Below, piece after piece: positions 8,971-17,871 of a stretch of DNA of 64,000 bases. Source of the DNA: Clostridia bacterium (lineage in GTDB: Bacteria > Bacillota > Clostridia > Christensenellales > Borkfalkiaceae). A program made the translations under genes and the position numbers. Where the stretch lies: assembly GCA_900768525.1 (NCBI GenBank), contig CAAGDF010000003.1:892-64891 (forward strand), written 5' to 3'. Position 1 is the stretch's first letter, and every line of letters begins with the position of its first letter. The notes beneath the pieces were generated by a model. The model was not told the origin of the DNA and ran no database searches. It saw nothing but the letters and a program-made list of their open reading frames with translations.

Positions 8971-10722
8971 ATGAAACTTAATTATAAACGGACGATATTC
9001 GTCGGGTTTGCATTCTTCTTGATTTGTGCGTTCTGGCAGGCGTACGAAGCGATAATACCGCTTATGCTTGTAAACAAATTCGGTATGAACCAAACTTGGT
9101 CGGGCGTTATAATGGCGCTCGATAACGTGCTTGCCGTGTTTATGTTGCCTATATTCGGCGCGCTGTCCGATAAGACGAAGAGCAAATACGGAAAACGCAC
9201 GCCGTACATAGTTTTAGGCACGCTTGTTGCGATAATTGCGTTTGTCGGTCTTACTTTTGCCGATAACGCTCAGCTTGCGCAAATAAGAATGGATAACGGC
9301 ACCGCGCAGGAAATGTATTGGGAATCGGAAACCGAAATTTCCAACGCCGAAAAAACTTACGTTTTCGATAAAGGCTTGTCAAAAAATTACACGGTTAAAG
9401 ATTATGCCGCAAAAGTTTGTTTCAACAAGTCGTTTAAAGATTTAACCGAAAGCGAAATCGGGCAAACTAAAGAATGGTTCCTGAGCATCGGATACGAAAC
9501 CGTTTATTATTTCGATACCGAAACCGAAACTTACAAAGCGTTTTTCGACGAGGGTTATACGGCGGGCAAGAACGAAATCAAGCAAAACGCCTATACAAAT
9601 CTTGTAAGCGAGGCACATGGCGCGTATGCCTGGCAACAAACGCTAAAAAATCCCGTTCCCATCATATTCTTTATTTTAATATTGTTGTTGACGCTTATTG
9701 CTATGGCGACATTCCGCTCGCCCGCGGTTGCGCTTATGCCGGATATCACAATAAAACCGCTGAGGTCGCAGGCGAACGCCGTAATCAATCTTATGGGCAC
9801 GGCGGGCGCGATGATTGTTCTGATGCTCGGAATGGTGTTCAAAACTTCCGCGCTCGAAAATCAGACTGCATCGTTTACATGGTACGTCGTTGCGGTGTGC
9901 GTCCTGATGGCGGTTGCGCTTATTGCCTTTATTTTCCTTGTGAAAGAACCGCAGTGGGCTAAGGAAATGGAAGAAGAATCCGAAAGACTCGGAATCGAAA
10001 CCAAAAGCGACGAAATCGAAGATTACGTTGACGCCGAAGTCAAAGAAAACAGCGGTGCGGAAAAAGGCGGTATTCGCGAGCTTAAGCAAAAGGACAGAGC
10101 AAAATTCAGATCGCTCATTCTTATACTTGCCTCGGTCGCGCTGTGGTATATCGGCTACAATGCCGTTTCTTCGAAATATTCGCTGTACGCAATCAACGTA
10201 CTGCACAAAAACTTTAACTTAACTATGCTCATCGCGCAGGGAGCGGCAATAATATCGTATATTCCTGCAGGCTGGTTAGCCGCAAAAATCGGCAGAAAGA
10301 AGAGCATAATATGCGGAATATGTTGCCTTATGGTCGCTTTTTTCACTATATCGTTTTTCGATTCGGCTACGCCGTCGATTTTTATCGATATATTTTTCGT
10401 TATAGGCGGAATCGGCTGGGCGACCATAAACGTCAATTCCTTCCCGATGGTGGTTGAGCTTGCGAAAGGCGGAAACGTCGGTAAATATACCGGCTATTAC
10501 TATACCGCAAGCATGGCGGCGCAGATCGCAACGCCTATACTCTCCGGGTTGGTAATGGATCTTGCAGGCAGTATGCGTCCGTTGTTTCTGTATTCGACTA
10601 TATTCGTAATTTTCTCGCTCTGCACGATGATTTTCGTCAGACACGGCGATAACGTTAAATTAAAAGATTTAAAAAAAGAAACCGAACCCGAAATTGCGGA
10701 GGGTGGTGAGAATAACAACTAA
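8971..10722 (+). CDS. MFS transporter (GPH/SLC45-like) with large soluble insertions
   Basis: About 12 hydrophobic helices and an FGALSDKTKSKYGKRTPYI loop motif. There is a ~130-aa hydrophilic insert after TM3 and an acidic central loop. Confidence 0.8.
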   Translation: MKLNYKRTIFVGFAFFLICAFWQAYEAIIPLMLVNKFGMNQTWSGVIMALDNVLAVFMLPIFGALSDKTKSKYGKRTPYIVLGTLVAIIAFVGLTFADNAQLAQIRMDNGTAQEMYWESETEISNAEKTYVFDKGLSKNYTVKDYAAKVCFNKSFKDLTESEIGQTKEWFLSIGYETVYYFDTETETYKAFFDEGYTAGKNEIKQNAYTNLVSEAHGAYAWQQTLKNPVPIIFFILILLLTLIAMATFRSPAVALMPDITIKPLRSQANAVINLMGTAGAMIVLMLGMVFKTSALENQTASFTWYVVAVCVLMAVALIAFIFLVKEPQWAKEMEEESERLGIETKSDEIEDYVDAEVKENSGAEKGGIRELKQKDRAKFRSLILILASVALWYIGYNAVSSKYSLYAINVLHKNFNLTMLIAQGAAIISYIPAGWLAAKIGRKKSIICGICCLMVAFFTISFFDSATPSIFIDIFFVIGGIGWATINVNSFPMVVELAKGGNVGKYTGYYYTASMAAQIATPILSGLVMDLAGSMRPLFLYSTIFVIFSLCTMIFVRHGDNVKLKDLKKETEPEIAEGGENNN

Positions 10723-10726
10723 AAAA

Positions 10727-11158
10727 ATGAAAAAATACATAGCATTCGATATAGGCGATAAAAGAATAGGCATAGCGGTATCCGATCCGTTCGGGAGCAT
10801 GGCGCTGCCGCTCGAAACCTATCATCGCAAGAACTTTGCCGCGGACGTGGCTTACCTTATAAAAAAAGCCGAAGAACGCTCAGCCGACGAGATTGTTTGC
10901 GGTTTGCCGCTCAATTTCGACGGAACCGACAGCGAGCAAACGATTAAAACGCGTTCGTTTATCGCCGAATTGCAATCAAAAACCAAAATAGCCGTCGTGG
11001 CGTTCGACGAACGTTTTTCCACGAGAGAGGCTCACAGGGTGCTTATCAGCGAGGACATGCGTCGCGATAAACGCAAGCAGGTGGTGGATGCCGTTGCCGC
11101 GTCGTTTATCTTAGAGGACTATATGCGAAAAGTCGCTTTGTCGGCTGATAAAAAGTAA
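10727..11158 (+). CDS. ruvX: Holliday-junction resolvase-like / pre-16S rRNA nuclease YqgF
   Basis: MKKYIAFDIGDKRIGIAVSD...GLPLNFDGT...DERFST. I preferred the ATG at 10727 over the ORF-track start at 10694, which overlaps the MFS gene. Confidence 0.9.
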   Translation: MKKYIAFDIGDKRIGIAVSDPFGSMALPLETYHRKNFAADVAYLIKKAEERSADEIVCGLPLNFDGTDSEQTIKTRSFIAELQSKTKIAVVAFDERFSTREAHRVLISEDMRRDKRKQVVDAVAASFILEDYMRKVALSADKK

Positions 11159-11261
11159 AGAAAAGGGCGGTAATGCCCGAACAACAAAAACTTAAAAACA
11201 AGGCACGGCGTTTACATAATAAGCGTTTGCCTGCAAATAATAAAACTATCGGAGTAAAAAA

Positions 11262-11693
11262 ATGGACGAAAAGAAATTACACGAGCACGACTGCGATTGC
11301 GGTTGCTGCGGACACGATCACGAACACGAACACGACTGCGACTGCGGTTGCGAAGACGAAGAAGTAGTCGAACTTTTCGACGAATCGGGCAAAGGCTATA
11401 AATTTGTTCACATCGGCGGAACTCAGTTCGACGATAAATGGTATGTATTCTTCCTGCCCGCCGAAGAAATCGACGGACTTGACGAACAGAGCGTGGTAAT
11501 ATTTGAAGCTGGCGACACCAATGAGGATGGCAGCGCCGACCTTAAACCCGTATCGGACGAAGATCTTCTCGAAAAGGTTTACGAGCAGTTCTGTAACGAA
11601 ATGGACGAGCAAGCCGCCGCTGCGGAAGCCGCCGAAATCGACGGTTGCGATTGCGACGATTGCACCGATGACGGCGAAGACGGAGAAAACTAA
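11262..11693 (+). CDS. DUF1292-family protein with Cys/His/Asp-rich terminal extensions
   Basis: The core (VELFDESGKGYKFVHIGGTQFDDKWYVFFLPAEE...VVIFEAG) fits DUF1292, which typically follows ruvX. The N-terminus is HEHDCDCGCCGHDHEHEHDCDCGC and the C-terminus is DGCDCDDCTDDGEDGEN. Confidence 0.7.
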   Translation: MDEKKLHEHDCDCGCCGHDHEHEHDCDCGCEDEEVVELFDESGKGYKFVHIGGTQFDDKWYVFFLPAEEIDGLDEQSVVIFEAGDTNEDGSADLKPVSDEDLLEKVYEQFCNEMDEQAAAAEAAEIDGCDCDDCTDDGEDGEN

Positions 11694-11766
11694 TCGGTTT
11701 TAATGCAAAAACAAGCGAGTTTTTATGTAACTGGCAAATTATTTTTGCAAAGTCATAAAAAATCGC

Positions 11767-11795
11767 TTGCTTACAAACATTACTTATGATAAAAT
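11767..11795 (+). promoter_or_regulatory. Sigma-A-type promoter (TTGCTT-17-TAAAAT) for rplS
   Basis: Hexamers at 11767-11772 and 11790-11795 with a 17-nt spacer. The ~65-nt leader (gtgacttcgggcggtcctcttgcactacggc...) could be an L19 autoregulatory leader, but I did not verify that. Confidence 0.6.
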
Positions 11796-11865
11796 ATCAA
11801 AGTGACTTCGGGCGGTCCTCTTGCACTACGGCAATGAACGCTTAGTAATATAGGAGGTATAAGTC

Positions 11866-12207
11866 ATGAACATTATTGATCAAATCAATCAAGAAAATTT
11901 AAAAGCAACAACTCCTTCATTTAACGTCGGCGACACCGTAAAAGTTTCTTTCGAAGTTATCGAAGGCGACAAGACCAGAATTCAGGTTTTTGAAGGCGTC
12001 GTTATCGCTAAAAGGCACGGCAGCATAAGCGAAACCTTTACCGTAAGAAGACTTTCTTTCGGTATCGGCGTGGAAAGAACTTTCCCCATCCATTCGCCCA
12101 AGGTTGTCAAGGTTGACGTCGTTCGTCGCGGTAAAGTCAGAAGAGCTAAACTCTACTATCTCAGAGGTCGTACGGGTAAAGCTGCTAAAGTTAAAGAAGT
12201 ACTTTAA
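11866..12207 (+). CDS. rplS: 50S ribosomal protein L19
   Basis: 113 aa with FNVGDTVKV...[30 protein letters not shown]...[11 protein letters not shown], and a strong AGGAGG RBS. Confidence 0.97.
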   Translation: MNIIDQINQENLKATTPSFNVGDTVKVSFEVIEGDKTRIQVFEGVVIAKRHGSISETFTVRRLSFGIGVERTFPIHSPKVVKVDVVRRGKVRRAKLYYLRGRTGKAAKVKEVL

Positions 12208-12217
12208 TAGTTTAAAA

Positions 12218-12247
12218 ACGCAAAGTTTTGTGCTTTGCGTTTTTTTA
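12218..12247 (+). terminator. Intrinsic terminator of rplS
   Basis: acgcaaag (12218-12225) / ctttgcgt (12233-12240) followed by TTTTTTT. Confidence 0.85.
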
Positions 12248-12405
12248 TGCCATTTTTCGGCTGAATAACGGTCGGACTAAGGCATTTTTATTTGCTTAAA
12301 TGCGTTAAAAATGCTTATACAGGTGCGCAAAATGTATTTTTCGGTTATTTCACCAAAAGTTGACACTATCTTAACAATCAAATATGCAAATTCTTCGATT
12401 ATTCG

Positions 12406-12434
12406 TTGACGAAAAGGGCGTAAATCAATATAAT
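12406..12434 (+). promoter_or_regulatory. Near-consensus sigma-A promoter (TTGACG-17-TATAAT) for fakA
   Basis: TTGACG at 12406-12411, a 17-nt spacer, TATAAT at 12429-12434. Confidence 0.7.
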
Positions 12435-12537
12435 CAATATGGTGGAATACGCCATATAGCATACTTTTCGCGGCGAAAAATTTTCGTTGCGTTCAAGGAT
12501 ATAAGGTATGCGCATAATTTACAAAAGGTGAACTTTA

Positions 12538-14205
12538 ATGGATGGTAATGTAATCGGCGGAAGGGATTTCGCCGAAATGCTTTCTTACGGTGCAAATAAT
12601 TTGGCTTTGCATCGCACGGAGGTTAACGATTTAAACGTGTTTCCCATTCCCGACGGCGACACGGGCGACAATATGCTTATGACTTTTACCTCGGGTATTC
12701 AGTCGATCGGCGCAAAAAACGATTTGCCGTCGGTTACTGAAGCCGTGGCGGAGGGTATGTTGCTCGGCGCTCGCGGCAATTCGGGCGTTATTCTCTCGCG
12801 TATTTTTGCGGGTATAATAAAAGAATTGTGCGCTTGCGAATATGCAACGCTTGACGATATAAAACGCGGAATGAAAAACGGCGTAAAAGAATCGTACTCA
12901 GCGGTTTCAAAACCCGTCGAAGGCACGATTTTAACCGTTTTCAAGGATGCGGTTAACTATGCCGAAAAGTGCGATAACGGTGCTATAGCCGCATATTTTA
13001 GCAGTATTACGAGAGAAATGGCGCGGTCGCTCGAGCGCACGCCCGACCTTCTTCCCGTGCTTAAAGAAGCGGGCGTAGTCGATAGCGGCGGCGCAGGCTT
13101 GCTGTTTATATTCGAGGGCATAGCGGAGTACGTCAACGGCGAAACGACCGATAATGCGTTTGACGAAATTGTAGCGACTTCGGCTGAACCGTCGGACGGC
13201 GAAACCATCGATTATTCGTTGTTTACCGCAGACAGCACTCTTGATTTCGGCTATTGCACGGAGTTTTTATTAAGACTGCAAAACGCCAAAACCGACGTGA
13301 AAAATTTCGACGTGGACGCTTTTATCAAAGTTCTCGAGAAAAACGGCGGCGACTCGGTCGTTGCCTTTAAAGAGGACAGCATTTTGAAAGTTCACGTTCA
13401 TACAAAAAACCCGGGCGACGTTTTCAATTTTGCGCAAAAGTTCGGCGAATTTTTGAAGGTAAAAATCGAGAACATGACTTTTCAGAATAACGAAGCCGTA
13501 AAACGCGGCAACAATGCGCAGACCGCGCTTCGCAAAAAGCGCAAAAAACATCAGGCGGTCGTAGTCGTGGCTGCGGGCGACGGTATAAAAGATGCGTTTT
13601 CGGAGTCGGGCGTAGATTATATCGTGGACGGCGGACAGAGCATGAACCCCTCGGCGCAGGATTTTATTACCGCATTTAACGAGGTCAACGCCGAACGAAT
13701 TATCGTTTTTCCCAATAACGCAAACGTAATTCTTACGGCAAACCAAGCCGCCGAATTATATAAAGAAAGCGAAATCGTGGTAGCGGAAAGCAAGACGGTC
13801 GGCGAATGTTATGCCGCATTATCCTTAGCCGACTTAAGCGGCGATACGGATACCGTAAAGCAGCAAATAGATTTGATTTCGGGCGAAAGCCTTACGGCGT
13901 ACGTTTCTACCGCAATCAGGGATACCGACGCAGGCGGTGTTGCCGTTCGTCGCGGAGATTACATAGGTTTTGCGCGCGGCGAAGTGCTTTGCGATTTTAA
14001 AAGCAGGAAAGAAGCCGCAATCGAACTTGTCGATCATCTGAACGCAAATATATACGGCTTGCTGATTATTTTTGTCGGCGCGGATGCGAACGAGCAGGAA
14101 GCCGAAGAAATTGCAAAAGCCATAACGGCAAAATACAAATATCTCGAAGTCGTGGTTCGTGACGGCGGTCAGCCGATTTATGACTATATGTTTGTTTTTG
14201 AATAA
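12538..14205 (+). CDS. fakA: DAK2-domain protein (YloV family), fatty-acid kinase subunit FakA
   Basis: N-terminal Dak2 motifs (VFPIPDGDTGDNM, GARGNSGVILS), a 555-aa YloV-type architecture, and a DegV gene immediately downstream. Confidence 0.85.
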   Translation: MDGNVIGGRDFAEMLSYGANNLALHRTEVNDLNVFPIPDGDTGDNMLMTFTSGIQSIGAKNDLPSVTEAVAEGMLLGARGNSGVILSRIFAGIIKELCACEYATLDDIKRGMKNGVKESYSAVSKPVEGTILTVFKDAVNYAEKCDNGAIAAYFSSITREMARSLERTPDLLPVLKEAGVVDSGGAGLLFIFEGIAEYVNGETTDNAFDEIVATSAEPSDGETIDYSLFTADSTLDFGYCTEFLLRLQNAKTDVKNFDVDAFIKVLEKNGGDSVVAFKEDSILKVHVHTKNPGDVFNFAQKFGEFLKVKIENMTFQNNEAVKRGNNAQTALRKKRKKHQAVVVVAAGDGIKDAFSESGVDYIVDGGQSMNPSAQDFITAFNEVNAERIIVFPNNANVILTANQAAELYKESEIVVAESKTVGECYAALSLADLSGDTDTVKQQIDLISGESLTAYVSTAIRDTDAGGVAVRRGDYIGFARGEVLCDFKSRKEAAIELVDHLNANIYGLLIIFVGADANEQEAEEIAKAITAKYKYLEVVVRDGGQPIYDYMFVFE

Positions 14206-14313
14206 AAGTTTTAAGCGGCGCGTGCAAAAAGGCGTCGCAATATAAAAGTCGGCAACGCCCGAACAGCCGTAAGCTGCGCAAGGAGTTCCGCAAATAAACA
14301 AAAGAGGATTAAA

Positions 14314-15180
14314 ATGCTGACGATTTTTTGTGATTCGGATATGGATATAACGCCGGAGGTTGCCGCGCGTTACGGTTTTAAACTTATAAGCATGCCCTAC
14401 TCGCTTAACGGCGTAACGGTTTTTCCGTACGAAACGCCGATGCCCGAACTGCATGCTTTTTACGACGGACTGCGCGCGGGCGATTTGCCAACTACAAGCG
14501 GCGTGTCCGAGGAAAAATACAAACAGTATTTCCGCCCCGAGTTTGAAAAGGGCAACGATATACTCTATGTGCATTTTTCGGCGGCAATGTCTTGCACGTT
14601 CGAGGCTATGAACAATGCGGTTGCCGAGCTGAAAGCCGAGTTTCCAGAGAGAAATTTCTATACGATAGATACCAAGGGTATAACCATTATCAGTTATGCG
14701 ATTGCCTGCGAGATCGGAGACATGTATATTGCCGGCGCAAGTCTTGACGATATTTTAAAGTGGGCAAGCGTAGAGGTAGATAAGTTCGCTCAATACTTTT
14801 TTGCCGACGACCTTAAATTTTTCAAGCGCAGCGGAAGAGTCAGCGGTTTTGCCGCTATCATGGGCAACCTTATCGGAATAAGACCTATCATATACATGAC
14901 GCCCGATGGCAAAATGGTAAGTTTATCAAAAGAACGCGGCAGAGCCCGCGCGCTTAATCGCTTGCTTTCTTATATGGAAGAACTCGGCGAAGATATAGAT
15001 AAACACCGCATTATCATCGGTCATACCGACGCGCCCGAAATGGCGGCGGAGCTTAAAAATATGATAATCGAAAAGTTCGGCGACGGGCTCGATATAGTAA
15101 CTATTACAACAAACCCCACGTCTGGCAGTCATTGCGGTCCCGACGGCGTCGGAGTTGCATTCCACTGCAAGCATAGATAA
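14314..15180 (+). CDS. DegV-family fatty-acid-binding protein (FakB)
   Basis: 288 aa. IFCDSDMDITPE..., the TSGVSEEKY region and GPDGVGVAF at the C-terminus are typical of DegV. Confidence 0.9.
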   Translation: MLTIFCDSDMDITPEVAARYGFKLISMPYSLNGVTVFPYETPMPELHAFYDGLRAGDLPTTSGVSEEKYKQYFRPEFEKGNDILYVHFSAAMSCTFEAMNNAVAELKAEFPERNFYTIDTKGITIISYAIACEIGDMYIAGASLDDILKWASVEVDKFAQYFFADDLKFFKRSGRVSGFAAIMGNLIGIRPIIYMTPDGKMVSLSKERGRARALNRLLSYMEELGEDIDKHRIIIGHTDAPEMAAELKNMIIEKFGDGLDIVTITTNPTSGSHCGPDGVGVAFHCKHR

Positions 15181-15287
15181 TTGTTACACGCTGTGCAAAT
15201 ATCGGACAGCCGCAACGCAGCATAAACGCTTGCCGCGAGCCGCAAATATGCGCGCCGCCAACATAAAAAATATTCAAGGGTAGTGTT

Positions 15288-16409
15288 ATGGTAAAGATCG
15301 TTCCCGTAAAGACAAAGCGGGATCAAAAGGAATTTATTGAGTTTCCTTTAAGGTTATATAAAAAAAATCCGTATTTCGTACCGCCGCTGTACGGCGATGA
15401 AAAAAAGATGTTCAAAAGTAAGTTCGTTTATAACGAAACTTGCGATTTCGCTTGTTTTCTCGCTAAAAAGGACGGAGTGACCGTCGGTCGTATTCAAGCC
15501 ATACTATCGCGTCCGTCAAACGAAAAAACGGGCGAAAAGCGTGTCAGATTTACAAGATTTGACGCTATCGACGATTACGAGGTTTCCGACGCGTTGTTTA
15601 ACGCTGTGGAAAAATTCGCAAGATCGCTCGGAATGGACACGATTTGCGGACCGCTAGGCTTTTCCGATCTCGAAAGAGAGGGCTTGCTCGTTGAGGGCTT
15701 TGAAGAACTTTCCACGTTCGAGGAGCAGTACAATTACGAATATTACGGCAAACTTATAGAACGTTACGGCTTTGTCAAAGAAGTCGATTGGGTGGAATCG
15801 AAGATATATTTGCCGAAAACGGGCATTGAAGAAATGCAAAAAATGTCCGATTTCGTAATGAAACGTTACAAACTGCACATAGGCGAAGCGAAAAACGTAA
15901 ACGATTTTCTTAAAAAATATGCCGACAAATTTTTCGAGCTTCTCGACATAAGCTATGAAAATTTATACGGCACCGTGCCTTTTACCGACGGCATGAAGAA
16001 GATGATGGAGGAAAATTTCCGCCTTATAATCGACTTGAAGCACGTCGTAATCATTCTTAACGAGAAAGACGAACCTGTTTGCCTCGGAATATGTTTCCCG
16101 TCGCTTGCCAAAGCCGTTCAGAAATCGGGCGGACGGCTTACGCCCGCCGCGCTTATAAGAATACTCAAGGCGGTAAAGCATCCCGAAATAATTGACCTCG
16201 GTCTTATAGCCGTTCACCCCGACTATTTAAACCGCGGTATCACGTCGGTTGTTTCCGCCGGGCTTATGAAAATGCTTGCCGAGGGCAACATAAAATATGC
16301 CGAAACAAATCTTAATCTTGAAGACAATCATGCCATTTTAAACCAATGGAAACGTTTCGACAGCGTTCGTCATAAGCGCAGACGCGCATATGTGAAAAAG
16401 TTAAAATAA
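15288..16409 (+). CDS. GNAT-fold acyltransferase-like protein of unknown specificity
   Basis: 373 aa. The C-terminal part (LIAVHPDYLNRGITSVV) looks like the GNAT acyl-CoA-binding motif A, and the N-terminus (FIEFPLRLYKKNPYFVPPL) is conserved. The family assignment is tentative. Confidence 0.55.
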   Translation: MVKIVPVKTKRDQKEFIEFPLRLYKKNPYFVPPLYGDEKKMFKSKFVYNETCDFACFLAKKDGVTVGRIQAILSRPSNEKTGEKRVRFTRFDAIDDYEVSDALFNAVEKFARSLGMDTICGPLGFSDLEREGLLVEGFEELSTFEEQYNYEYYGKLIERYGFVKEVDWVESKIYLPKTGIEEMQKMSDFVMKRYKLHIGEAKNVNDFLKKYADKFFELLDISYENLYGTVPFTDGMKKMMEENFRLIIDLKHVVIILNEKDEPVCLGICFPSLAKAVQKSGGRLTPAALIRILKAVKHPEIIDLGLIAVHPDYLNRGITSVVSAGLMKMLAEGNIKYAETNLNLEDNHAILNQWKRFDSVRHKRRRAYVKKLK

Positions 16410-16412
16410 GAT

Positions 16413-17432
16413 ATGATAAAAATCGCAATAGACTGTCTGGGCGGCGATCATAGCCCGGACGCTAATATAGAGGGTGCTCTTGCCGCGCTTAATAAACATT
16501 CCGATCTTTGCGTCGTGCTTTTCGGCGACGAAAGCGTGATAAAAAGCAAACTCGAGGGCAAAAAGTACGATAAAATGCGTGTGGAAATCGTTCACGCGCC
16601 CGTAGAGGTAACGGGCGACGATAAACCTATCGACGCGTTCAGGCTGAAAAAACAGTCGTCGATGGTGAGTTCTGTTTCGCGTATGCGCGAAGATGAAACT
16701 ATCTCGGCGCTTGTGTCGGTCGGTTCAACGGCGGTGCTTGTCGGCACGTCCATTCTTCGCCTCGGCAGAATAGAGGGAGTTCGCCGTCCCGCGTTTTGCC
16801 CTGTGCTACCCGCTATGAACGGAGGCGTGGTCGGCTTGTCCGACAGCGGAGCAAACGTAGACTGCACGCCATTGCAACTTCACCAGTACGCAGTTATGGC
16901 AAGCGCATACATGACCGCCATGTTTGGCGTGGAAAACCCGCGCGTCGCGCTTTTAAATATCGGCGTTGAACCCGAAAAGGGCGACGACCTTCACCGCGAG
17001 GCATACAAATTGCTTGCCGCCGATAAAAGTCTTAATTTTGTCGGCAATATGGAAAGCCGCGATTTTCTCTCGGGTAAATACGATCTGATCGTCAGCGACG
17101 CGTTTTCGGGTAACGTACTTATCAAAAGCACGGAGGGCGCGGCGCTCGAACTGCTTAAAAAAATCAAAAAAGACATAATGAGCAGTTTTATAAACAAGAT
17201 CGGCGCGCTGTTTTTAAAGAAAATGTTCATGCAGGAAAAAGAGTTTATGAACTATCATAATTACGGCGGCAGCGTGCTTCTGGGGCTGGAAAAAATAGTC
17301 GTTAAAGGGCACGGTAGCAGTAATGCCAAAGCGTTTGAAATCTGCGTTGAGCAAGCGTATAAACTCGTCGGCTCAGACCTTGCTGGCAAAATAGAAAATG
17401 GTATTGCGACAACCGTCGAACAAGATAATTAA
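16413..17432 (+). CDS. plsX: Phosphate acyltransferase PlsX
   Basis: IAIDCLGGDHSP, NIGVEPEKG, VSDAFSGNVLIK and LLGLEKIVVKGHGSSN motifs. Confidence 0.95.
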   Translation: MIKIAIDCLGGDHSPDANIEGALAALNKHSDLCVVLFGDESVIKSKLEGKKYDKMRVEIVHAPVEVTGDDKPIDAFRLKKQSSMVSSVSRMREDETISALVSVGSTAVLVGTSILRLGRIEGVRRPAFCPVLPAMNGGVVGLSDSGANVDCTPLQLHQYAVMASAYMTAMFGVENPRVALLNIGVEPEKGDDLHREAYKLLAADKSLNFVGNMESRDFLSGKYDLIVSDAFSGNVLIKSTEGAALELLKKIKKDIMSSFINKIGALFLKKMFMQEKEFMNYHNYGGSVLLGLEKIVVKGHGSSNAKAFEICVEQAYKLVGSDLAGKIENGIATTVEQDN

Positions 17433-17450
17433 GCTATAAAGGAGCTAAAA

Positions 17451-17678
17451 ATGTTTGAAAAAGTAAGAAAACTCATTGCTTTGCAACTCAAAATACCGGA
17501 AGATAAAATCACTATGGAAAGCCGTATAAAGGACGACCTCGGTGCCGATTCCGTCGATATTCTGCAATTGCTTATGACTCTCGAAGATGAGCACGGAATC
17601 GAAATTCCCGATGAAAAACTCGTCAGGTTCAACACCGTCGGCGATATCGTAGAATACCTCGAATCCTGTAATTTGTAA
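17451..17678 (+). CDS. acpP: Acyl carrier protein
   Basis: 75 aa with the phosphopantetheine-site motif DLGADSVD. It follows plsX. Confidence 0.95.
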   Translation: MFEKVRKLIALQLKIPEDKITMESRIKDDLGADSVDILQLLMTLEDEHGIEIPDEKLVRFNTVGDIVEYLESCNL

Positions 17679-17815
17679 GCCGATTATTGTCAGGCATAGA
17701 ATAGAAAACCGGTAAAAATGCCACAAATCTATTCTAACTTTGACATAAAAATTAAAAAACGGGCTTATAGATTGTGCCGTATTAAAGGAAAAACGATAAC
17801 CGGACCAAAATTAAA

Positions 17816-17858
17816 AGGACTGAGGCAAGTGATATACGGCTTGCCTCAGCCCTTTTTG
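17816..17858. terminator. Bidirectional intrinsic terminator (acpP / uraA convergent)
   Basis: 10-bp stem ctgaggcaag (17820-17829) / cttgcctcag (17840-17849), then CCCTTTTTG. Confidence 0.85.
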
Positions 17859-17871
17859 TTTGTCTGTCTTA

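Noticed and set aside
11173-11367. 64-aa ORF overlapping the 5' end of the DUF1292 gene
   Set aside because: It is an alternative frame of the Cys/His-rich repeat region. It has no RBS, and its K/T/A-rich low-complexity product is inconsistent with the conserved DUF1292 frame.
12277-12462. 61-aa minus-strand ORF in the rplS-fakA spacer
   Set aside because: It has no RBS. The same DNA carries a near-consensus plus-strand promoter (12406-12434) for fakA, so it is most likely non-coding.
13270-14574. Minus-strand ORFs of 158 aa and 246 aa
   Set aside because: They are antisense to fakA and to the fakA-fakB junction. The composition is R/F/C-rich and shadow-like, with no start context.
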